From positions 288,001-352,000 of the forward strand of contig CAXXUK010000001.1 in the NCBI GenBank assembly GCA_963665125.2: a stretch of 64,000 bases of DNA, read 5' to 3'. The notes below the pieces were generated by a model. That model was not told the origin of the DNA and did not search any database. It saw only the letters and a program-made list of their open reading frames with translations. The first letter of the stretch is position 1, and each line of letters starts with the position of its first letter. A program made the translations under genes and the position numbers. Positions 56,645 through 64,000 of this stretch are shown here, in pieces. This stretch comes from an uncultured Desulfarculus sp. (lineage in GTDB: Bacteria > Desulfobacterota > Desulfarculia > Desulfarculales > Desulfarculaceae).

Positions 56645-59626
56645 ATGCTGGCCCTGTGCGTACGATCCCACTATTCGCTGATGTGGGCCACCCCGTCCAC
56701 CGACGCCCTGTGCCGCCGGGCCAAGGAGCTTGGCTACGACGGCGTGGCGCTGACAGACACGGATAACCTCTACGGCCTGTGGGAGTTTCTGCGGGCTTGT
56801 TCCCGCCACGGTCTGCACCCGGTGGCCGGGGCCGAGATCACCGACCCCGCCGCGCCCCGGCGGGCCCTTTGCCTGATGACCAGCGCCCAGGGCTTCACCA
56901 GCCTCTGCCGCCTGCTCACGGCCCGGCACATCGACCCCAAGTTTGACCTGCAAAAGGACCTGCCCCGCCACGCGGCCGGGCTTGAGATATTGACCACCAG
57001 CGCCGAACTGCTCCAGGCTTGGCGCAAGGCAGGCCTGCCGGTGATTGCCGCCTTGCCCCGGGGCCTGAACGGCCAGACCTATCGCCTGCGCCAGACGGCC
57101 CGCCGGATCAACGCGCCCATGGCGGCAGTGGCGGGCAGCTTTTTTCTGGAGCCCGGCGATTATCTTTTGCACCGGGTGCAGCGGGCCATCGCCCTGAACA
57201 CCTCGCTATCGCGTCTGGAGCCGGGTGACCTGGCCCCGCCCGACGCCTGGTTGGCCCCGCCCGATGAATTCTCCCGGCGCTTCGAGGCCCTGCCCCAAGC
57301 CCTGCGCGAGGCCGAAAAGCTGGCGTCGCGCTTGGACTACGTGCCCGGCCCCGGCCTGACCATGCCGCCGTGGGTCGACGCCAAGGGCCGCACGGCCGAC
57401 GAAGTGTTGCGGGAAGAAGCTTATGCCGGGGCGGCCCGGCGCTATGGACGGCCTTTGCCCGCCCTGGTTAAAAAACGCCTGGAATACGAGTTGGACGTCA
57501 TCGCCCAAAAGCAATTCTCGTCGTATTTCCTGGTGGTGGAAGACATCGTGCGCCGCAGCCCGCGCATCTGCGGCCGGGGATCGGGCGCGGCCTCACTGGT
57601 GGCCTACTCCCTGGGCATCACCAATGTCTGCCCCATCAAGTTCAACCTCTACTTCGAGCGCTTCATCAACCCCCAGCGCATCGACCCGCCGGACATCGAC
57701 ATCGACTTTGCCTGGGACGAGCGCGACGACGTCATCAACTCGGTGCTGGAGCAATACAAGGGCCGTTCGGCCATGGTGGGCACCCACATCCTATTCCGGG
57801 GGCGCATGGCCATCCGCGAGGTGGCCAAGGTCTACGGCATCCCGGCCGACGAGATCAAACGCACCATAAAGCGGCTGCCCTGGATGCGCGGCCCGGCCGA
57901 GGGCGAGACGGGCATGTACCCCAAGCGCCAGGCCCTGCCCGCCGGGGCCAAGGCCGAACTGCCCCGGCCCTGGCCCGAGATCCTAGGCCTGGCCCAGGGC
58001 CTGATGAAGATGCCCCGGCACATCGCCGTGCACGTGGGCGGCGTGGTCATCACCCCCGGCCCAATCGCCGACCACGCGCCCCTGGAAACGGCCGCCAAGG
58101 GCGTTCCGGTGATCCAGTGGGAAAAGGAGGGGGCCGAGGACGCCGGGCTGGTCAAGATCGATCTTTTGGGCAACCGCTCCCTGGCCGTGATCCGCGACGC
58201 CATCGCAGAACTGCGCCAAAGCGGCCAGGCCTTTGACGAGACCCGATGGCAGCCCGAGGACGACGCCGCGACCCAGGAGATGGTCAAACGAGGCCAAACC
58301 ATGGGCTGCTTTTACATCGAGAGCCCGGCCACCCGGCTGTTGCAGGAAAAGGCCCGCCGGGGCGACTACGAGCACATGGTGATCCATTCCAGCATCATCC
58401 GCCCAGCGGCCAACGACTATATCCAGGAATACCTGCGCCGTTTGCACGGCGGGGCCTGGCAGCCGATCCACCCCCTGTTGGACGACGTGTTGGACGAGAC
58501 CTACGGCATCATGGTCTATCAGGAGCAGGTCTCCCAGGCGGCAATGGCCCTGGCCGGATTCACCCACGCCCAGGGCGACCGCCTGCGCAAGGCCATGAGC
58601 TGGAAAGACCCCGGCCGGGCCGTAAAGGACTACCGGGGCATGTTCGAGGCCGGAGCCAGGGCCAGGGGCGTGAGCCCGGAAAAGGTCGACGAACTGTGGC
58701 GGATGATGATGAGCTTTTCCGGATACAGCTTTTGCAAGCCCCACAGCGCCAGCTATGCCCGGGTCTCGTTCCAGGCGGCGTATCTGAAGGCCCACCATCC
58801 GGCCCAGTTCATGGCCGCGGTGATCAGCAACCAGGGCGGGTTTTATTCCACCTTCGCCTATGTGTCCGAGGCCCGGCGCCTAGGGCTCCAAATATTGCCG
58901 CCCTGCGTGAACCGGAGCCGGGTGCGCTGGACCGGCCAGGGAGACGCGGTGCGGGTGGGTCTGATGGCCGTCAAGGGCCTGGGCCGCCAGACCTTGGAGC
59001 GTCTGCTCAATGCGCGCGAGATGCGGTCGTTTGTAGGCTTTGCCGACTTCATGCAGCGGGTGCGTCCAGCCGACGACGAGGCCAAGGCCCTGATCCACGC
59101 CGGGACCTTCGAGGCCCTGCATCCGGGAGGGGAGCCTGCCCGCCTGCTGTGGCAACTGGCTCAGAGTCGGGCCGGGGCGGCCAGGCGGGCCGGTGCGGGA
59201 TCGCTGTTTTGGTCCGTTCCCGGCGAAGCGCCGCCCCTGCCGCCCGCTGACCAGCGCGAGCTTTTGCGCCGCCAATTCGCCGTGCTGGGCTTTCTGCCCG
59301 GCGGCCACCCCATGGAGCTTTTCGCGGCGCAGCTAAAGGGCCTGAACCTGGTCAAGGCGCGGGACTTGGCCAATCACGCGGGTCGGCGCGTCTGCCTGGC
59401 CGGGTGGCTGTTGGTGGGCAAGGTCGTCAGCACGGGCAAGAACGAGCCCATGCAGTTTCTGACATTCGAGGACGAAACCGGCCTGGTGGAGGCCACGTTC
59501 TTTCCCGATGCCTTCCGCAAGTTCCACATGATGCTCGATTGGGGCCACCCCTATATCCTGCGCGGCCTGGTGGAGGAAAACTACGGCGCGGCGACGCTGA
59601 CGGTGGATGAGGTCAGGCGGGTTTGA
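56645..59626 (+). CDS. dnaE2: Error-prone DNA polymerase III alpha subunit
   Basis: Degenerate PHP (LCVRSHYS); GRGSGAASLVAY; FERF; PPDIDIDF; KIDLLG; YSFCKPHSASYA; C-terminal OB fold (FLTFEDETG); short (993 aa). Confidence 0.88.
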   Translation: MLALCVRSHYSLMWATPSTDALCRRAKELGYDGVALTDTDNLYGLWEFLRACSRHGLHPVAGAEITDPAAPRRALCLMTSAQGFTSLCRLLTARHIDPKFDLQKDLPRHAAGLEILTTSAELLQAWRKAGLPVIAALPRGLNGQTYRLRQTARRINAPMAAVAGSFFLEPGDYLLHRVQRAIALNTSLSRLEPGDLAPPDAWLAPPDEFSRRFEALPQALREAEKLASRLDYVPGPGLTMPPWVDAKGRTADEVLREEAYAGAARRYGRPLPALVKKRLEYELDVIAQKQFSSYFLVVEDIVRRSPRICGRGSGAASLVAYSLGITNVCPIKFNLYFERFINPQRIDPPDIDIDFAWDERDDVINSVLEQYKGRSAMVGTHILFRGRMAIREVAKVYGIPADEIKRTIKRLPWMRGPAEGETGMYPKRQALPAGAKAELPRPWPEILGLAQGLMKMPRHIAVHVGGVVITPGPIADHAPLETAAKGVPVIQWEKEGAEDAGLVKIDLLGNRSLAVIRDAIAELRQSGQAFDETRWQPEDDAATQEMVKRGQTMGCFYIESPATRLLQEKARRGDYEHMVIHSSIIRPAANDYIQEYLRRLHGGAWQPIHPLLDDVLDETYGIMVYQEQVSQAAMALAGFTHAQGDRLRKAMSWKDPGRAVKDYRGMFEAGARARGVSPEKVDELWRMMMSFSGYSFCKPHSASYARVSFQAAYLKAHHPAQFMAAVISNQGGFYSTFAYVSEARRLGLQILPPCVNRSRVRWTGQGDAVRVGLMAVKGLGRQTLERLLNAREMRSFVGFADFMQRVRPADDEAKALIHAGTFEALHPGGEPARLLWQLAQSRAGAARRAGAGSLFWSVPGEAPPLPPADQRELLRRQFAVLGFLPGGHPMELFAAQLKGLNLVKARDLANHAGRRVCLAGWLLVGKVVSTGKNEPMQFLTFEDETGLVEATFFPDAFRKFHMMLDWGHPYILRGLVEENYGAATLTVDEVRRV

Positions 59627-59905
59627 GCCAAGCGGCTGGCAAGGACCATGGCAGAGGCGCTCTGCTTCGCAGGTCAAACCGCCCGTGAGGACCGGCGAAA
59701 GTATTTTATGTGATTGTGCTTGAGAAGATTAGGATAAACAAATTGTTGGGCCGAAAAAAAAGGGGGTGCGGTGATCAAACCTGCCCCTCTAATCACCGCA
59801 CCTTGCGCCGATCATTTGATCGACAATATGAGCATATTAAAATTGCTTTAGTTTATAAATTAGGGAAAACCCTGAATCGGTTTGTCAAAATCCCTAATCA
59901 TCAAA

Positions 59906-60574
59906 CTAGAAATCCAGGGACGTAATCCCATTTTGAATTGCATATTTTGTCAATTCGGCGACCCTGTGGATTTTCAGCTTGCTCATTATCTGTTTGCGGT
60001 GGCTTTCAACGGTCTTGACGCTGATGAAAAGCGTGTCGGCAATTTCGGCGGTCTTGTAGCCTTCCGCGACCAGTTGCAGGACTTCCTTTTCCCTTACGGA
60101 CAAGGGAGACTCCTGACTGTCCGGACTTTGATGGCTGTGACCTTCCCACATCGATTCGACAAGCTGCTTGGCCGCGTTGGGCCCAAGGTAGCTGCCGCCT
60201 TTGGAGATGATCCGGACGGCGTTTGCCAACTCGTCTGGGTCGCAAGCCTTTGATATGTATCCTGAAGCTCCCGAGCGGATTATTTCGGAAACCATGGGGC
60301 CGTCCTGATAGAAGGACAATCCCAAAACCTTGGTCTCGGGGCAGCTTTTACGCACCATCCGTGTCGCCTCGATACCGTTGAGGTCCGGCATGCTGATGTC
60401 CATGATCAATACATCCGGGTTGTATTTTTCGGCGGCCTTCAACGCGTCGCGTCCGTTGGACATCTCAGCCAGCACTTGCATGTCTGGTTCGGCGCTTAGC
60501 GCGGCGGCCACCCCCACCCTGAAAAGGGCGTGGTCGTCGGCCAGGACGATCGATATTTTGCTTTTGTTATTCAT
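59906..60574 (-). CDS. NarL/LuxR-family response regulator
   Basis: LADDHALFR; MDISMPDLNGIE; GYISK; LSVREKEVLQLVAEG...ISVKTVESHR. Confidence 0.95.
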   Translation of the reverse strand: MNNKSKISIVLADDHALFRVGVAAALSAEPDMQVLAEMSNGRDALKAAEKYNPDVLIMDISMPDLNGIEATRMVRKSCPETKVLGLSFYQDGPMVSEIIRSGASGYISKACDPDELANAVRIISKGGSYLGPNAAKQLVESMWEGHSHQSPDSQESPLSVREKEVLQLVAEGYKTAEIADTLFISVKTVESHRKQIMSKLKIHRVAELTKYAIQNGITSLDF

Positions 60575-60758
60575 TGGTTAAACGTCTGGTCCAATACTAT
60601 TTGTTCAAGATGCAATAAAGTATCATAATTCGAAATTGGGTTGAATACCGGAAAACCCTATGCTATCAAACTAATCATCCTATTGAATGACGGTATTGGT
60701 GCATTTGTTCATGTCTTGATAGTATCTAATTGTGCCGGTTGGAACCTGGGGGGGGACT

Positions 60759-61943
60759 ATGAACGGCAAGCCGCAAAAGACGGGTAATGATGATATTTCT
60801 TCGGATAAAGATAAATTACTCAAAGAGATCAGCGAACTTGAGGAGCAGAACCAACTACTAAAAGCGGAAATAACCCAACTGGAGTCATTCCAACTGGAAT
60901 GTGACCGGGAAGCCACCCACCTGCGAAATCTCGCCGAGTTGTCCCGTGACATGGGCATATACCGCCTGCGTGCGGATATCGACAATCCCGAACGGGGCCG
61001 TGTTTTATACATGAGCCCGGCCGCCAAACGGATCTTGGGCGTACCAAACCCCATGGACCACAATTCATGGTTCGCCTATTGCCATCCCGATGACCAAAAA
61101 CTTGGCCTTGAACGGCAAATGGAAGCCTTGCGCACAGGCGTCTTCCGGCTGGACGCCAGGCTGTTTCAAAACGAGGACGGCTCTTGGCGCTGGGTGAGGA
61201 TGTATGCCTTTGCCACGCCCAATGAAAAGAATGAAAAGGATGTTTTCAACGGGTTTGTCTGGGACGTGACCGCCGAAAAACGGGCCCGGCAGGAAGCCGA
61301 GCAAAAAAGCAAACGTTTGCGCAGGCTTTCGTATCAGCTCTTTCAGGAAGAAGAGCGACAGCGGAAAAACATTGCCGGAGTACTTCATGACAAGATAGGC
61401 CAGAGCCTGAGTCTGCTGCGTTTTTCCCTGGCCCGGGAGGCCAAGACGGAGACGCAAGGTTCGGCCCTGCATCAATGCCTGACAATCCTTGACCAGATAA
61501 TCGCGGAAACCCGCACGCTTACCACGGAATTGTACCCGAATATCCTGCGCCAGGCAGGTTTGGTGGAGGCTTTGCGCTGGTTGTGTTCCATGGGCCACGA
61601 AGTCATGGGCATTGATATCCAATTCGACACCAACTCAGAGCACAAAGACCTGGACAACGATATCGCCATATTCCTGTACCGTACCGCGTCCGAGCTATTG
61701 ACCAACTGCATGAAACATTCCGGGGCCGCGCGTGTTTCACTGTCGCTTTTTGAGGGCCGGGAAGGCCTGTGCATGAAGATGTCAGATAACGGCCGGGGCT
61801 TTGTCTATAACGACGAAAAGGCAAATCCAGGCGGGTTTGGCCTGTTCAGCATCAGGGAAAAGCTGATTTATCTTGAAGGCCGTTTGGATATTGAAACAGC
61901 ACCTGGCGCCGGCACTGAAATAACTGTCTCTGTCCCTTATTAG
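60759..61943 (+). CDS. Cytoplasmic PAS sensor histidine kinase (HisKA_3, NarX/UhpB type)
   Basis: N-terminal coiled coil; PAS_3 (HPDD...WRWVR...WDVT); EERQRKNIAGVLHDKIGQ; ELLTNCMKH; DNGRGF; GFGLFSIRE. Confidence 0.92.
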   Translation: MNGKPQKTGNDDISSDKDKLLKEISELEEQNQLLKAEITQLESFQLECDREATHLRNLAELSRDMGIYRLRADIDNPERGRVLYMSPAAKRILGVPNPMDHNSWFAYCHPDDQKLGLERQMEALRTGVFRLDARLFQNEDGSWRWVRMYAFATPNEKNEKDVFNGFVWDVTAEKRARQEAEQKSKRLRRLSYQLFQEEERQRKNIAGVLHDKIGQSLSLLRFSLAREAKTETQGSALHQCLTILDQIIAETRTLTTELYPNILRQAGLVEALRWLCSMGHEVMGIDIQFDTNSEHKDLDNDIAIFLYRTASELLTNCMKHSGAARVSLSLFEGREGLCMKMSDNGRGFVYNDEKANPGGFGLFSIREKLIYLEGRLDIETAPGAGTEITVSVPY

Positions 61944-61967
61944 GGACGGCTGGGTTGTAGTGGGTTG

Positions 61968-63143
61968 ATGGTCAAAATAATCTCCGACGAAAAAGACGGC
62001 CAAACGGTAGAGGATTTGGCTGCCAGACTAGGGGCTTTGACGGCGGAAAGAGAGCTTCTGCGGGCCGAAGTCGCCCAACTGGAGACCTTCCAAAAACAGT
62101 GCGACATCGAGGCGGACCACCTGCGCGATCTTTTCAACAATTCCGAAGACGTGGGCGTGTACCGCCTGCGCACCAATCCGGATGACCCGGAACATGCCCG
62201 TCTTGTGTATATCAACAAGGCGGGCAGGAGGCTGTTGGGGCTCTCTGAAACGGATAATTATGAGAGTTGGTTTTCAAGGTTGCATCCGGATGACATCCAG
62301 AAAGGCCTTGAAATGCAGGCCGAGGCATTGGAAACAGGCGTTTTCAATGCCGCTTTGCGTATATTCCAAGAAAAAGACAATAGTTGGCGCTGGATGAGGC
62401 ATTACTCATTTGCCGTCGACAATGAAAGACACGAGAAAGAACAATTTAACGGGTTCCTTTGGGACGTAACCGATGAAGTGCAGGCCCGGTCGGAGGCCGA
62501 CCGCCAAGGCGATCGTCTGCGCAGGCTGTCTTACCGGCTGTATCAGGAAGAAGAGCGGCAGTGGCAATCCATTGCAGGCGCCATGCACGACAAGGTCGGT
62601 CAGAGCCTGAGCCTGCTTCGTTTTATTTTGGTTCGTGAGGGCAAGACCTCGCCTGGGGATAGCGCACTGACGCAACGCCTGGAACTGGTTGACCAGGTAA
62701 TCAAAGAGACCCGCGCACTGACCGCCGGGATCTACCCAAACTCCCTGCATGAGGCCGGGCTTGTCAAAACGCTGGAATGGCTGTGTTGCAGAGGACCTGA
62801 TTTTTCGGGGCTTGATATCCGGTTTGAAGCTGATGTCGGGCATCTGGACCTCGATAAAGATATGGCCATTTTTTTGTATCGGGCCGCAATGGAACTGCTG
62901 AACAACAGCAAAAAAAACTCCGGAGCCAGGCAGGTTTGTCTATCGCTTTTTGAGAATAACGAGGGTCTTTGCCTGCGGGTGACAGACGACGGTCTGGGCT
63001 TCGCATATGGTGGCGATCAGGATGACATGGCCGGTTTTGGGTTGTTCAGCATCAGGGAAAAACTGAGGTATTTTGACGGCAGCCTGGATGTCGTCAGCTC
63101 CCCGGGAAACGGTGCCGATATTACAATAACTTTGCCTTTGTGA
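61968..63143 (+). CDS. PAS sensor histidine kinase, tandem paralog of the previous gene
   Basis: Same architecture: HPDD, WRWMR, WDVT, MHDKVGQSL, DDGLGF, GFGLFSIREKL. Confidence 0.92.
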   Translation: MVKIISDEKDGQTVEDLAARLGALTAERELLRAEVAQLETFQKQCDIEADHLRDLFNNSEDVGVYRLRTNPDDPEHARLVYINKAGRRLLGLSETDNYESWFSRLHPDDIQKGLEMQAEALETGVFNAALRIFQEKDNSWRWMRHYSFAVDNERHEKEQFNGFLWDVTDEVQARSEADRQGDRLRRLSYRLYQEEERQWQSIAGAMHDKVGQSLSLLRFILVREGKTSPGDSALTQRLELVDQVIKETRALTAGIYPNSLHEAGLVKTLEWLCCRGPDFSGLDIRFEADVGHLDLDKDMAIFLYRAAMELLNNSKKNSGARQVCLSLFENNEGLCLRVTDDGLGFAYGGDQDDMAGFGLFSIREKLRYFDGSLDVVSSPGNGADITITLPL

Positions 63144-63164
63144 GCCAGGGATGGGGGGATACTG

Positions 63165-64000
63165 GTGCCGGACAACAACCAGTTGCACATACAAATCAAG
63201 GCCGCCGAAGAAACAATCGCCAAATTGCGGGCTGAGATCAGCCAACTCAACTATGAGGTTGAGCAGGTCCGCTATGAATTGGATCTTTACAAGAACCACT
63301 TCAAGGAATCCGAATCTTTTGCCACCTACAAGCTGCGTGTCTATCCGAACAGCACCCAGTATGACGTCCTGTTTGTCAGTCCGTCATTTTCCAGCATTGT
63401 CGACTGCCAAGATCCCATGGATCACCAGTCCTGGTTTGAAAACATTCATCCCGATGACATAGCCGAGGCCTTGGCCCGCCAGGAGGATGCGCCGCAAAAA
63501 AACCAGTTCAACATGAAGGTCCGCATGTTCAGCAACCGGCTGCAGGAATGGCGCTGGCTGCATTTTGTGGGCAACGGGGTTCGGGCCGAGGACGGCCATC
63601 CGTATTTCGTCAACGGCATTGTCATGGACATCACTGAACAAAAGCGGGCGGAAAACGCCATGCTGGCCTACCAGCAGCGGCTGCAATCCTTGACGCGGCA
63701 ACTTTTCCTGGCCGAGGAGCGCGAGCGCACCCGCATAGCCGGTTTGCTCCATGACGGAGTGGGGCAGGACCTTTCCCTGGCCATTTTCAAGCTGGGCCGC
63801 CTGGCATCCGGCAAGGATGCCGATCCAGAGGCAATCAGGGAAATCAGGGATATTGTGGACCAGGCCATCAGCGACACCCGCAACCTGGTTTCAGAACTCT
63901 GCCCGCCGGCCCTTTGTCAGATGGGCCTTGGCTCCGGCCTGCGCTGGCTGGCCCACAAAACACAGCGGGAATTCGGCTTCAGGGTGGAAATGAATATCGA
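63165..64000 (+). CDS. Third PAS sensor histidine kinase (truncated by the window end; absent from the ORF track)
   Basis: GTG start after GGGGGG; reads MPDNNQLHIQIKAAEETIAKLRAEISQL...HPDD...WRWL...MDITE...EERERTRIAGLLHDGVGQDL...ELCPPAL; open to the edge. Confidence 0.88.
   Translation, partial: MPDNNQLHIQIKAAEETIAKLRAEISQLNYEVEQVRYELDLYKNHFKESESFATYKLRVYPNSTQYDVLFVSPSFSSIVDCQDPMDHQSWFENIHPDDIAEALARQEDAPQKNQFNMKVRMFSNRLQEWRWLHFVGNGVRAEDGHPYFVNGIVMDITEQKRAENAMLAYQQRLQSLTRQLFLAEERERTRIAGLLHDGVGQDLSLAIFKLGRLASGKDADPEAIREIRDIVDQAISDTRNLVSELCPPALCQMGLGSGLRWLAHKTQREFGFRVEMNI

Noticed and set aside
1..64000. Mobile elements, tRNA, rRNA, prophage, defence systems
   Set aside because: No transposase, integrase, phage, cas or structural RNA signatures recognised by eye

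Overview
A GC-rich, gene-dense window with about 45 CDS. It most likely comes from an anaerobic, selenium-using deltaproteobacterium (Desulfobacterota-like; this is inferred from gene content only). I saw no rRNA, tRNA, CRISPR array, IS element or prophage. Main blocks in order: (1) a tightly coupled operon of VIT-vWA protein, a 62-aa ORF, a radical SAM/SPASM enzyme and a twin-arginine-leader peptide with a Cys-every-fourth-residue core, i.e. a candidate exported RiPP system; (2) Crp regulator, extended SDR, ThDP enzyme and MFS transporter; (3) a TetR-controlled operon (non-SdhA flavoprotein, [2Fe-2S]-ATC-hydrolase fusion, M20 amidohydrolase, NRAMP-like transporter, cysteine desulfidase, RidA) that reads like a complete catabolic route for a cyclic cysteine derivative such as thioproline; (4) a giant secreted FN3/PKD protein; (5) a YedE/YedF/DUF3343 S/Se-handling operon; (6) Tat sulfatase, acyltransferase, DUF362 protein, OYE enzyme and maeB; (7) a corrinoid methyltransferase (O-demethylase-like) cluster with an outer-membrane channel and a divergent GntR plus second corrinoid protein; (8) a selenocysteine formate dehydrogenase, split in the ORF track, with a SECIS hairpin and two upstream ATATGTC-N6-GACATAT palindromes; (9) secreted hypothetical proteins and a discoidin/double-vWA protein; (10) a QueG-like gene with a probable ATC start, an imuB-dnaE2 cassette, and a NarL-type regulator facing three tandem PAS histidine kinases. 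All family calls come from motif recognition by eye; no searches were run.
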